DNA from: Chara braunii
Taxonomy: Eukaryota; Plantae; Charophyceae
Reading direction: 5' to 3'
Assembly (NCBI GenBank): GCA_003427395.1
Contig: BFEA01000024.1
Coordinates: 2,835,911-2,899,910 of the forward strand
Length of the DNA stretch: 64,000 bases
The notes beneath the pieces are model-generated. The model saw only the letters and a program-made list of their open reading frames with translations, did no database searches and was not told the DNA's origin. Made by a program: the position numbers and the translations under genes. Each line of letters starts with the position of its first letter. Position 1 is the stretch's first letter. This document shows positions 25,984 through 39,173 of this stretch, in pieces.

Positions 25984-28900
25984 TGTCGGGGCAAATACTC
26001 TAACAAGGGTATTTGTCGGGGTTTTTGAACGTCGGACGCTGTCCGACTCTTTCGTTGGATTTTGAAGGACCTGATGGGACTGACTTTGTCAAAAGTTTAT
26101 TCAGACCTGGCCTATGACTGGGAGACTAAAACGTTTTCGAGCCTTAGCCCGGACGTATGTGGCGTCCGAGAGTAACGAATGTGAATGGCAATGCCTCGTT
26201 TTGTCGAAGCCGCAGAGGCGTGCGAACATGGAAATGCTAAAGTTAAACCTTTCTACCTAAAATAATGTTGTGCGGCTTAGCAGCCGTGCGATTTAGGGCC
26301 TAAGTAGGCTGAAAAGAGGGATGCACCGGGTATGGGGCCATGACGCGGGAGGAATAAAAAGGGTTTTATTTTCTGGGCCGCGTGACATCGAGCCAGGGGG
26401 TTGATAGGCCGATGTCGAGGATGTCGAGGTCACGCGCCCAACCAATGGGGCAGGACCTGCCAGCAAGCCTATTAGGCTTCAGGCAGGCAGGATCTGCAAA
26501 GCTTGAAGCAGGCGAGGCGGTTGGGCCACTGGCACGCAGGCAGGGCGTGCAAGGCCTCAGGCCAAGCACGCAAGGCCACCGGCAGGGGGGGATGGCTACT
26601 GGGCAAGCTCTTCATTTAGAAAAGTTGTTCCTACCTTTACTGTGGTAGGAGCTAGCCCAGTAAGTACCGGTACTTGACTCTCACCCCACTGATACGGGGA
26701 TCAAATCTCAATTGTCGTACCACCGGGCTAGCTCCTTTTGGAGCTGGCCGCCAGGCGATTGGCACGGCTGATCCTGGCCGTGCGATCATGAGATCACACG
26801 ACTGAGATCAATCGCGTGGAGAGCATGGCCCCTACGCAAACATGACATGTATGAGCCATTAAAAAAAAAAAAAAAAAAAAAAAAAGACAAATAAAATTAT
26901 TTTATCGAATCCATAAGGATTCGAACTCGGGCCTGTATGTAAACAGTTCATGGGGGTACCACTAATGTGAAGGAATCCGTTGGCATAAGCCAACGACTTT
27001 TAGGAAAACTAAAAACTAAAACAAATTGAACGTGAGGCGCCACATGGCGCCGTCGGAACTGAAAAGCCCCAGTGTACCTGATAACGCCCCTGAATTTCTG
27101 GCAGCGAGGTAAGTTTGTTTTCTTTTTCGTTTTTTTTTCTTCTTTTTTTTCAAAAAAATTGTTCTAGATTTCTTTGTTATATTTCTTTTAGATTTTTTTT
27201 TTTTATTTTTTCTTTAGATTTTGTGTTTTTCTCTCTTTTGTTCGTGATTCTACTAGAGCGCCCGTTCGTTTTCGTTCGTTTTCGTTCGTTTTGATGAACG
27301 GGCTGCTACTGCCATCCACGGATGGGCAAAGTCGAATGTATCAACTACTAGAACAGGGAACTGCTCACTACGGAGGCTACCACTACTACTACTATTGCAG
27401 GAAAGAGAGAGACACAGAGGCCTTACCTAGTGACAACAAGGAGCAACGCACCGGCCAATAGGTAAGTCTCCAACTGTGCAGCTCCTCTGGCTCGGGCCGC
27501 TCGACGCCTATTCACTTAGTGAACAGGCTGCAGAGCGTCGCCTGCACCTGGCGCCGTGGGCATCCGGGTACGGGCGCGTAGAAAAGGGCACATTTGGAAT
27601 TTTTTTTTTTAATTTCGTCTTTTTTTTTTTTTCTTGTTTTTTTTCTTTTCTGTTAGTTGGTATTGCCCCCTCCCCTCAACTTACCTGTGCTCGTTGGGTT
27701 TAAGAACGAAGTGCAATAACCATGGCTCGCCTGAACCTGGCGCTGTTAGCGTCTGGGTACGACCGCGCGGGTCAGGGGAAAAAGAAGGCGCTGTTAAGCA
27801 TGACTCTAGTTCTGTGAAATGACTTACATGAAGGGGAGGTTGTTCGTTTCGAAAAACAAGTTGCCCCCTGCAAAGGGGGAGTAAAAAGAAAAAAAAAAAA
27901 AAGAAAGAAAGGGAAGGAAAAGGAAAGGGAGAAAAAGGTAACAGCTGCGAATGTTGTCGTGGCCGCAGAACAAGTGCAGCCCCAGAAGTTTCTAGGGGTT
28001 CATGGGACTGCGCCTGTTCGTTTTGTGAAGGCTGCAGTAAATGGTTGAATACAGTCATTCCCAGGAGCACCTGGCTTCAGAAAACGACCAGGTACTCCTA
28101 GGGGTTGATGACCTTGGTCCTGGATCCTCGCCATCGATTTAGATCGAGGGCCATGAGCACCCACAAATTTTGCCTGGCTGTGGGCAAAGCAGCTGCCCAC
28201 ATGCCATCAACTGGCTATAAAAGTCAGCACTCCACCCAGCAGCCTAACAATTGTGGCAATGTTGCTGGGGCATTCACTTGTGTGAATGTTGGCTAGTTGT
28301 TGCATGCTGCTGGAGAAGGGCGGTGCTATCAGTGGAGGTGCTGCTGGTGGAATGGAGGTTTGCAGGGAGTTGGAGGAGGAGAAGGGAGGCAGCCATAGCT
28401 GAGGGATTGGAGTTTTTTGCCCCACCCGTATGCGTGTGCTGTGTGTGTGGGCTGGTGCTGCAGCGGTAAGGCTGTGTCAGGGTCCGGACGGTGCGGCAAG
28501 CGACACCTATTTTAGTGGGATTGTGTTGCCGAACTGCCGCCACGACATCAAGACCTTCCTAAGGGAAGGTGCTGCCGGATTTGCTGCGCGGCGTCGCTGT
28601 TTTTTTTAATGTGAGTGTGGGGAGGTGTTGCTCGATCAGCGGCGCGACAATGACAATGTATGCGGTGGGATCATGCTGCCGAAGTTGGCGGCAGCAGCAA
28701 CATTTTCATTGAGGTTATGCTGTCCGGTGGGCGGTACATCGGCCGCATTGTTGTGAGGGAAAATGCTGCGAGTCTTTTGAGTCACAGTGGAGGCCACAGT
28801 GGTCTGGGAACAGTATTGCGGGACAACCATGGTACCAGTTTTGACGGTGCAGCAAGCAGTGGTCCGCCATTATTTTTGTGGTGCGCGGCCACTATGGTGG

Positions 28901-31080
28901 ATTCCAGTATGGCCTAGAGGTTGGGTCGACATTGGTGTGGTTGGGTCTGTGTGGTAGCGGTGCGCGGACCGACGACATGAAGAGGGCATAGAGTGAGTGC
29001 TCACGGCAGTGGTTATTGGAGCTGTGGCATTTGCGGTTTGCACCGGAAGGACATCGTTATTTTTTGGGGGCTCGTGGCACATGTGGTTTTCAGCCAGGGT
29101 TACCTTTATGTTTTTTTTGCGGCGCGCAGTGCAAACGGTTTTGAGTTCTAAACCACCTAGTATTGCAGCGATGGTGTGGGACGACATGGGGACCACATGG
29201 AGACTCATTGATGGGAGCACCCTCCTGGAGGGTTATCCCATTTGAATTCTCTCAGTGAACTCGGCCTTGGTGTGATCGGACACTTGGAGAAGGACGCGGA
29301 CCTTGATTCAGGACAGAGGTCACAACTTGTGGAGTTGTGAGCCGCATATTTTTCTACGCGATTATTTTCTTCTAATTGATATATTACTCGGTTTTCTTGC
29401 GTGGACCGGATCAAACTTCACTCAAGGTCAGTTAGTAGAATGACTTAGACTTCTTTTCACACCTGTGTGAACCCGCACTTTGCTTGACCCTGTTTGTTTG
29501 AATGTTCGAAAGAAAAGGTAGAGGAAAGTTGTGCGAGTCATGCATGTGAATGAAAAAATCTAACTTGAGTTTGGGATGGTACTGTTTTCTTTTGAACTTG
29601 TTTTCTTGGCTTGGTGTGCAGGTAGGTAGAAGGGTGCCAACAAAGAAGATTGGTTATGCCTATTTGAGATGAAGAAAAGGATTGTCCTCTTTCCATATTT
29701 CATCTGCCTGTATATTAAACGCACTTGTGTTTTGAAATGGATAATTTCAATGGGCGTCGTGAAAGAAAACTCGTGAATATATTGAAGATGAGGTCAATTG
29801 GACTTAACTTCTCCCTAGGATTGATTCATTCTATCCCTTATGGCCTAATCTACCTATACCTGTCCAAATGGTTCTCATTCTCTATCTCTTCTGATTCTTT
29901 TGGTCTAAGTTACCCTGAACTTAGGAGGAATGACAATAATTGAAAGTTACTTGCAGTGCACACATTCTTTATTTCTATGAAGCATCTGGGGCGGGGGTTG
30001 TTGCTTTAGGAGTCGGCCCTGCTATTGACCCAGAGTGGACCGTTCTACAGGGGGGTGTTTGCCTATTCAGTGGAGACGGTCCGACTTCTGAGATCCGAGA
30101 CCTGTGCTCGGACGAGGAGGAGGAGTACTCCAGACCACTTCCTAGAGGGACAGGCATGCAACACCTCAAGCAATGCCCCTTATGAAGAATCATCCGCAAA
30201 ACAGCCGTCATCCAAGAAGATTGAGAAACGTATGGAGATGGGTATGTGTGTCGAATTTTGAGTCGGCGGTAGGTGGAATGAACGACTTTGGCAGCGCGCC
30301 TCATCAAGTCAAAACTAAGGCAGCCGATTACCTTGTCGGCGACATCTATGTTATTGTCGAAAAACCAACTCTTCGTTGGCGGTTATATGATTGTTTTGTG
30401 GAGTTCGACCCGAGGTGGTCGGGGTTTATTTTGATATTGTATTATTGGATGTTTCATATGATGATTCACTTTTATTTAGTTATCATTTCAGATTGAATAC
30501 TTATCCGTGTCGATTACGGTCGACTCCTTTTGATATAATTATATTTATGGTTGTTGTAACTTTCACGTGATTGCGCGTCTAAGGGACTAGGATCAAATTG
30601 AGGGTTTTACGCTTGGTTGAGACCGTCCTAGTCGACCGACGTTTGCTCCGTACCCAGGAGATCAGCGCCCTAGGAACGGATGGCGTCCGGGTTCGCTTGG
30701 CGTTAACCAAGCGTATCTATACTACAGCGAACGAGCAAACACCCTCGGTTGACCTACCTCTGTAATTGCATCTAAAAGCTTTCGCACATGGGTCAGTAGC
30801 TCGGCAGGGATACACCCCTAAGGGTGGTGACAGTCCCTTAGGGAAGGAAAGCTTATGCTCCGCGGAAACCTATCCTGTCGTAGGGGACCGCGGTATATAC
30901 AGTTGGCGCACCCGGCTAGAGCGGCGACAGAACGACGCTACTGCAACCGTCTCGGCGGTTCGCAGGGTTGTTAAGTGTCGTTCTCAAGTTGTCTCTTGTT
31001 TTGTTTCGTTAAACTCCTGCGTGACATGGACGGGAGGGCTCTCGCCTTTGCAAAAAATGCGGGAACTGATGCGCTCGACA
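25984..31080 (+). mobile_element. Family X-related copy 4, both termini present, 4-bp TSD ACGG
   Basis: acgg|TGTCGGGGCAAATAC...ACTGATGCGCTCGACA|acgg (TSD 25980-25983 and 31081-31084). 30620-31080 is homologous to the 3' ends of copies 2 and 3. Confidence 0.85.
26905..26975 (-). pseudogene. tRNA-derived/SINE-head-like fragment
   Basis: The minus strand shows an A-box-like tcacattagtggta and a B box gagttcgaatcc, followed by a long T run (A26 on + at 26860-26885). No intact cloverleaf. Confidence 0.4.
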
Positions 31081-32417
31081 ACGGATTAATGACACCAGTT
31101 TTACATACGCCGCTCGTTGTTGAAACGACAAGGTCTACCAGCAACAATTCTCTGAGAAGAGAAGTCAACAACACTCGCTCACGAACCTGCAGCAGCCCGT
31201 GGGGGACAAGAACAATTCTAAATCTGAGTTATCAGCAACAACCTTCTAAGTAAACGTAGCGGGCGTCGTGTTTATAATCAGCAGCAACTAAATAAGAACC
31301 AGCTATCTGAAGTCCACTGGTTGGTCCGAAAATAGGCAACCATCACTCAATAGCTGCAGTGACGACAATTATGGAAGTGGTCTGAGGGTTCGTTCCTTAA
31401 CTAGATAAGACTGCTCCACCAACTCAGAGTGATCATGCATGACTACGGTAAATGGGAGAACCGACAATCATGCAACTACTTGAAACTCACGAGTGAAAAG
31501 AGACTAAGAGTAACAATATAACAATAGGCAATTTTGCAAATACCCGAAAACACAGTCTCATAGTTGGTTTCGACAGCAACAGCCAAAGAGAAACTTGCCT
31601 CGTTGCAACTGCATCTTTCTCACAATAGTCGGTCTCAAAACCAGCAGCAACACTCGTAGTAGAGGTGGACTCTGGTGGAGCAACAACTAAAGTTAAAGTA
31701 TCTTCCGCAGTAGTAGCCTCAGAACCAAACAATCAGCGAGATCAATGAATCGCAGCATCATCACCCAGATTGCACAGCAAAGCAATTCACAGCAGCTCCC
31801 AGGCGTCGACGATGCAACTTGCAGCAGCCCAACACAGTCCCTACATAGTTTGTCGAGGGTGTGCGATAAACATGATGGCCCCCGTACAAGTTAATGGTAG
31901 GGGATATGAACCGTCAAAGTTCTCCTGCTTGCATCAATGAGCAGCTTGGCACCACAACTCGATCTTCAATTCATCTTATATATATATATATATATATATG
32001 TATATGCTCACTTATGACTTCCCTTACTAAGGCGCACTGTTGTATGTGTTGTAGCTATGCATGTCATTTGCCCTGCTTGAGGGCGAGCCCTCGACTGGGG
32101 CCTGGATGAGGATCATTATAAGGCCAATAGGAAAGGATCTCCTACCTGGACACGACCAGAGGCTTTTTATTAAAGTCGCCAGTTGTTGTGTCCGCTACCT
32201 GTACCAAAATAAAACTTTGCTAGAACAGAGTTCGGGAATTTGCCCTTCCCTACTAGCCCGAAGTCCTACCTTCTTTGCATATAGTCTGGTCCTAAGTCCA
32301 AATTCACCAAATCCCCTCCCCGTTTTATTCCCTCCTTCTCCATTTTCTCATCGTACCTAGCTACCATTCCGGTTAGATTCATGCTGCCTCAACCAAGTGT
32401 GGTAGGATCAGCTAGCT

Positions 32418-33205
32418 TCAAGCATGACGGTAGTCACGGACCTGATGGGCGACTGTCGGCTATACGAGGAAATTAACTGTCACTATGAACACCCTAGTGA
32501 TAACCTCGAATAACCAAGGAAATCACAATCAGACGCCTCGCACCGTTACTTACTAAATGTACAAAATGAGAATGAATCTTCCGTTAGAACGTGGGAAGAT
32601 ACACACATTGGTGTCATCCGCTGCAGCGCCCGTTAGTTGCAACTTGCAAGCATTGCTCGGCCAGATAAGCAGTCATCTCTCCATCTCTTACTTGCTCACA
32701 TACATAGATACATGTACACATAAGATATTCACCACGCTGATATTTGAGCAGGAGCGTTGAGATACCAATGGCAGGCGCAAAAGAAGTGTCAGGAAAAGAA
32801 GTACACATAAGATGGTCAAGCATGAAAGTAGTCACGGACCTGATGGGCGACTGTGGGCTATACGAGTACGATGGCCGTATGAGCACCCCAGTGATAACCT
32901 CGAATCAACAAGGAAATCACAATCAGGCGTCTCGCACCTTTACTTACTAAATGTACAAAATGAGAATGAATCTTTCGTTAGAACGTGGGAAGATACACAC
33001 ATTGGTGTCGTGCGCTGTAGCGCCCGTTAGTTGCAACTTGCAAGCATTGCGCGGCCAGATAAGCAGTCATCTCTCCATCTCTTACTTACTCACACACATA
33101 GATACATCATGCATGTACACATAAGATGATCACCGCGCTGATCTTTTAACAAAAGCGCTAAGATACAAATGACGTGCGCAAGAGCAGTGCCAGGAAAATA
33201 AGTAT
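32418..33205. repeat. ~398-bp tandem duplication
   Basis: tcaagcatga..gtagtcacggacctgatgggcgactg starts at 32418 and 32816, with long near-identical continuation. Confidence 0.9.
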
Positions 33206-33306
33206 GAAACTGTCACTAGAAGGTGGCTAGGCGCATTGCTGAATCCCTTGTCAGCCTAGTACGTAGTTTGACACCTCGCTCTGCATCAACAACTTTTTGT
33301 GGTAAG

Positions 33307-33395
<89 letters not shown>

Positions 33396-33404
33396 ATATA
33401 TATG

Positions 33405-33850
33405 AAAGATTATGAACTATTGTTGACAAAGTTCAACCTTGGGATTGGTGAGAGTACTTACCATCTGTGGTTTAGACTTACATGTGGTTGAGCGAGAGCG
33501 TTACCTAGTCAGAGTTTCGGTTTGATAGGTAGTTGCTTTAGATATTCGCCACATGCTAGAGCTATTTGAGTTTAGTTCAATTCGTGCATTTTGTGAACTA
33601 ACTTTTTTGTACTTCGGTCAATTCTTGCATTTTCTGGGATCATTTGTTATACTTGGCTTTATATAAATTTTAGAAAGCTACTTTCTCTATAGGAGGAGCT
33701 GGCGAAAATTTCTACAAAACCAACGAATTAGTCAAATCTGATTTTTCAAAGTTTAATTTTTTGTCTAAGTTTATATCTGGTTTAGTAGAAATTTTGAAAG
33801 CATTCTTTTATAGGGAAAATCTTGTCCAAACTTTAATTAATTCAGGGATC
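33405..33850 (+). mobile_element. Family X internal fragment
   Basis: aaagattatga.ct.ttgttgacaaagttcaaccttggga... is collinear with copy 1 at 19398-19840. It starts right after a (CT)n(TA)n tract. Confidence 0.85.
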
Positions 33851-35313
33851 CAAGCCTAAGTACAATGACTCTCTCTCCGAACCGCCAACCGCCTTGCACA
33901 ATGTCTCTCTCTCCGAACCGCCGGCCGCCTTGCACATGTTTGACAACTCTTTATCGCAGAGGGAGTGATCTCCCGCCCAATGATTGGCCAGGTGTAGCAC
34001 ATGTGAGACCAACATATCGTCGTCTTCATCCCTCGCCCGTTCATGCATCCTGCAAGCGCCGTACAACCATTCCTTCGCCTCCTCCACCGCACTGTAATGC
34101 AAGGCCTCCAACGCGTCAATCTCGACGATGTCATCTGGCAACAGTTTCCCTGCTTCGTTGGGAAAGAACATACCCCATATTATTTCAACGATCTCATCCT
34201 TCTTTTTCGTAGCCACCTCCGGCACGCGCACACCCTTCGTATTATGCCAAACTTCGAGTTCCTTCTTGGTGAAACACTTCACCTCGTGCACGTGTTCGCA
34301 AGCGCCCACCACAGATGGCTTGACAGTCTTCGTGACACGCACGGCCTCGCGCAAGCGTTTCACCAAAGTCTTGGCTTTGTGCCACATACACTTCTGCGAG
34401 TCAATGTTCATTCGTCGTAGGATGACGTCAACCGCACCACAATCGTCATGCACAACCTCGACGATTATCAGGTTCTTTTCGTCCTTCAACCGATGAAGAA
34501 GCTTCTCCACACACTGTGTTTTCAGCCGCCATGATGACTCGCCCCCCCTCAGCATTGTCTCTGTACCCACGATCATCCCAGACTTCAAGTCCAGCCGCGA
34601 CATCGTACAATGTTCGCGTCACAGGACAAGTCATAATGCCCGTCGACTAAGATGACAATGGGATCGTTAGATCTGCGCAAACGTGCTATGACCCTATTGA
34701 AGCTCCTATGCGTAACTCGTTCCACGTGCCGCAGCCACTGTCGCCGACCTTTGCCTTCATCGCGGAAAAAATTGTAGAATGTTTCTTTCCTAACCTTTTT
34801 CATCCCCAGGGCCAACAAGAGGTTGTTCAGTTGAGTGTGCGTCATCCTTGCAGCCGCAGTGGAGTGGAACAATTGAGTATCCACCCTCAAATCTCTCACA
34901 CTACCTTTGACAACCTTCGCGGAACTCCAGTGCCATGTGCACCCTTTCCCACACTCAAATTGCAACTTACAAATGTGACAAGGATAATGTATTTTCTTGA
35001 TCGTCACCTCCACCTCTTTCGCATGCTGAGGACACAATTTCTCGAACATGCCGAGAATCTGCAGAAGTTTCACCGGTTCAAGAAACACGACATCAGGTCT
35101 TGCCGGTGCATCCCACATCGCCATGTGGTCCCTCACAGTCAACCTTTCAAACATCGGACCAATATCCGGATATCTGTGCTTGCCGTCGCGCCACCTCAAA
35201 GCATCACTCCGAGGTCTACCACCTCGCGATCGCGGAGTGCCAGTTGACGCCGATCCCCGCCCGCAAGAACCTCCATGGGCAGACGACTGCTCATTCGGGC
35301 CATACGTCGACAT
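33842..35313 (-). pseudogene. Mutator-like (MULE) DDE transposase, frameshifted and 3'-truncated
   Basis: Cys-rich N-terminal part (LCPQH...CHICKLQFECGKGCTWHWSS), first Asp ILVDGHYD, a 1-bp frameshift at ~34614 restoring DA(Q)HCTMSRLD, second Asp EVVHDD, CxxH motif KCMWH, then NHWAGDHSLC. Upstream GC-rich ORFs (35341-36140) may be its broken N-terminus. Confidence 0.75.
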
Positions 35314-36861
35314 AAGCTCATCAACGTGGCTAGCACTCCACTAAAGGAGCTGATCGAACACGTTCTCATAAGAACAATGTTTTTTTTTATTGTCTCCCGA
35401 GCTATGAGCAAGGGACGACAACTTATTCCCCATCGCCCTTGCAATCGAACTCAGGCGCAGTTGTTGATCGAGTCTACATCGCACCCAATGAGTCTTGCCC
35501 AGGCGAGGTGTACTAGACATGCCCCGTGGCGACGCAGGCGAGAAACTTATCCCTGCTCCGCTATCATTAGACGGCGAAACCCCATCAGGTGCATGGTCCG
35601 TGGAGAGAGGAGTGCAGGACGTTGGCCTCAATGTGTCGTCCAAAGGTTGCACCTTTTCTGCTCGATAAACGGGGGTCGACGCAATGACACCCGCACTAGG
35701 AACTCCACCGGCGATGTCATGGGGCGAGTACTGGAACAATGGTGGCCGAGAAACTGTAGACGGAGGCACATCCAATGCGGCATGAACAACAACATTCGCG
35801 GGGTCTGGACGACGGTGAGAAACCCCATCGATGGAATCACTTGCAGAAATCGGCGTCGGCAACATCGCCGCGAACAACCCGAGAGGCGATGAAAGCGGAG
35901 GGCGCATTGAAGCACAGCGGATTGCGCAAAAGGAGACTTCGTCAGATCCCCGGAGAACGTGGGCAGAGCAGGAATTGCGGCAATGAGAGTGCGCAGGTGA
36001 TTCGGGAAAGAAGTATGTGTGACGGTTGTCGAATTCGCAACAGGAGGAAACGGGACGACCGCCATCCTGTCGTCCAAACGCTGCCTGGTTGCAGGTCTCG
36101 CCAGTATAGCATCGCTTCGACTACGTCCGCGCGGATCCAAAAGCCCTTGCGCGCGAAATGTCGTGGTACAATGGAGAGCCTGCCAGGAAGGTGCGTGTGG
36201 CGGACGGCGATGCGAACGCCGCAGGAGTTGGAAGCAACGGGGAACTCGGCGACGTCGGCGCAGCCGCAGGAGAGTGTTGGCGTTCCATGTTCAGACTACA
36301 CAGCGCGATGCGGGAAACCCCCAATGCACCTGCACACGCGGAGGCATAGTTTAACGGATCACAAGCTTTGTTCCAACACCTTACGAAAACAAAGCAGCAT
36401 ATAATAGTAGGCCCAATAACAAATAACAGAGGCACCTTCCCCCGAAGATGGTGGTGCGAAACAGCAATGAAAAATCGTCGAACATTGCAGTTTATCCGTT
36501 TGTTTTTTTCCCCCCTATTTTTTTGGGATTGTTTTGTTTATGTTGTTTTTTTCGGCTATATTTATTCACATTTTTGTTGTCTCTTTATGTCGCCCCACGA
36601 AAAATGCATAATTTTCATGAACATTTTTTTTTTTTTCTGCACAATGCACACACATATATTTTTCATTATTTTTATTTTTGATAGGCGAAACAAAAAAACG
36701 ACTGAAAAAACGTCGAAGATGCCGGTGCCAAAATTCATACATATGTCCATGCAATATTGTTAATCTTTTTATTTACTTTTTTTTTGTCCTTTAGTTTATT
36801 TTTATACACAACGAATATTGTCACGTGCTTGTCCCCGGAAAAAATTTATATATTCTATTTG

Positions 36862-36908
<47 letters not shown>

Positions 36909-38109
36909 GGGGTCCGAACGCGACAGCGGCCCCCGCCAATATATATATATATATACATATATACAGGGTTACCGGTGTTCGGGACGGGCCGAACGCCCGA
37001 ACCCGAACGCCCGAACGTACGGGATCCCTTCGGGAGGCCTTTCGGCCGTTCAGGTCGAACGCGGACNNNNNNNNNNNNNNNNNNNNNNNNNNNNNNNNNN
37101 NNNNNNNNNNNNNNNNNNNNNNNNNNNNNNNNNNNNNNNNNNNNNNNNNNNNNNNNNNNNNNNNNNNNNNNNNNNNNNNNNNNNNNNNNNNNNNNNNNNN
37201 NNNNNNNNNNNNNNNNNNNNNNNNNNNNNNNNNNNNNNNNNNNNNNNNNNNNNNNNNNNNNNNNNNNNNNNNNNNNNNNNNNNNNNNNNNNNNNNNNNNN
37301 NNNNNNNNNNNNNNNNNNNNNNNNNNNNNNNNNNNNNNNNNNNNNNNNNNNNNNNNNNNNNNNNNNNNNNNNNNNNNNNNNNNNNNNNNNNNNNNNNNNN
37401 NNNNNNNNNNNNNNNNNNNNNNNNNNNNNNNNNNNNNNNNNNNNNNNNNNNNNNNNNNNNNNNNNNNNNNNNNNNNNNNNNNNNNNNNNNNNNNNNNNNN
37501 NNNNNNNNNNNNNNNNTTATTTTTAGGCCCCGAAACATTTTTTGGCGGGGGCCGAACCTGGAGGTGTTCGGCCCCCGAACGGGACCCCGAACGCCCGAAC
37601 GTCCGGGGGCCAGCCCGGGGGCCCCCGACGTACGGAGGTCCCCGGGCAGACCTCCGTACGTACGGGCGTTCGGGGTCCCGTACGAGGTCCGAACCCGACA
37701 ACGACCCCCGCCAAAAATGATTTCGGAAACTAAACATATTTTATTTTTTCTGAATTTTGTTTTGTGAGTTCTCTATGACGATAGGTACACACCTATAAAT
37801 TTTCAAGTCATTTGGCTTAGCCAAATAAGAATTAAAAATCGCCAAAGATGGCGGTGTCAAAACGTGCTTGCCCACATTTTTCATCACTTTTTACTTTTTG
37901 TTTTGACTTTAGTTCGGGGTGTAAACAATTTTATTATTTTTTGAAACTTTTTTAGTGTGTTTTGCATCATGTGAAGTAGACGTATGTAAATTTTCAGAGC
38001 ATTTAGCTCTTCCAATAAAAAATGAAAAATCGCCAAAGATGGCGGTGTCGAAAACGTGCTCACAAACTCACTTCAATTCTTTTTTTTTTGTTTGTTATTT
38101 TTATTATTA

Positions 38110-39158
38110 TGTGAGGATTGAGCCCTCAAGTAGGGGCCTTGCCATGATGTAAATGTTCTGGGCTAAGGCCCCAGCAAGCCTCGTGCCCGCCCTAAGTGAA
38201 GGCGGGCCAGCAAATCAACAAGAGCCCTCTGTGCCAACATTTCACGAAGTGGGGTTCATACAGTTGCAGCACGCCAGTTGGTTGGAGTGCACCGAGTCTC
38301 GGATTTCAGCAAATGCTGAAAGCCCAGGGCATCTGAGTTACTTAGGCCCTGGGCACTCGAACATGAGGCCGACAATGCATGCTGGGTAGAGAGGCTGAAA
38401 ATGCCAAAGGGAAATCGGCCCACTATCTGAATCTGGCCACAGACCTTGATGAAAGAGGCGCAACTGCATTGCCCCGGGGCCCAACTGTATCGAGTTGGCT
38501 TCAGCCTCTGGGTCTCGGTCACAGGCTGAAGGGAGGCCGCCCACACGTTGCATTGGCATATAGGCAAGCAGGGCGAGGGAGCAGGGATCTTGGCCAATGC
38601 TGGCATTGCGGGCACGCTGCGCGGATGCATGTGTGTTGCGCTGTGCAGAGCAGCGCTGCGCTAAGGTGAAGCAGGCCATCGCCAGGTGGTAGGGCGCTGC
38701 CTGCATGCAAGGCACTGACAGCCATAGCCGAGCCGCATGAGGGTGCAGAGAGGTGAAGGGCAAAGGTGGTCTTCGGAGGTGAAGGGCACTATGTGGGTAA
38801 CAAGGGAGAGTGTGGGGAAAGGGACACGTACCTGGTGAAGGTGAAGGTCGGCATTGGTGTTGACATCATCACTCGCTGGTAGTCAAGTTGTCTGGTTGCT
38901 GTTCATTGCTGTAGTTGTAGGATAGGCTGTAGAGTGGATAGGGCGTCTGGCACCATTCACAAGAGAGAGCTACATTTGGGTTATGTTGTTGGTGTTGCCC
39001 TGTTGGGCATGGACATTGACTCACAATTCTTCTGTATCATTCTAAATTGGATGGTTACTCGGTTCCATGTGCTATCTGCTTTGGCTTTGACTACTTGGAC
39101 TTCAGTGTGATTTTGCATTCAGGATTTCTGTGCTTCGTCCATACTCATGTTCCTTGCA
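38110..39158 (+). mobile_element. 5' LTR of a Ty3/gypsy element
   Basis: TGTGAGGA...TCCTTGCA termini, followed by a PBS. 38748-38942 is repeated at ~42303-42497. Confidence 0.85.
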
Positions 39159-39161
39159 ATT

Positions 39162-39173
39162 TGGTATCGGAGC
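39162..39173 (+). other. Primer-binding site, tRNA-iMet type
   Basis: TGGTATCGGAGC, 1 mismatch to the canonical TGGTATCAGAGC, 3 nt after the LTR end. Confidence 0.85.

Larger units (their letters stand above)
21316..33300 (-). mobile_element. Family X copy 2 (minus), interrupted by copy 4 at 25984-31084; far end not found
   Basis: Begins TGCTATGCG after ACGT. 21330-22800 and 25120-25400 are collinear with copy 3 (46863-48200; 50620-50880). It resumes after the ACGG TSD and carries the family motif at 32570. The right boundary is uncertain. Confidence 0.7.

Noticed and set aside
26905-26975. Functional tRNA gene
   Set aside because: Only the B box is good. Acceptor and anticodon stems cannot be formed.
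26725-29252. Mutator-type TIR pair bounding the copy 4 insert
   Set aside because: End similarity is weak and no TSD was found.
36757-37767. Long ORFs of 162-336 aa (also 42424-42987)
   Set aside because: Open only because they cross N gaps and TA or T runs.
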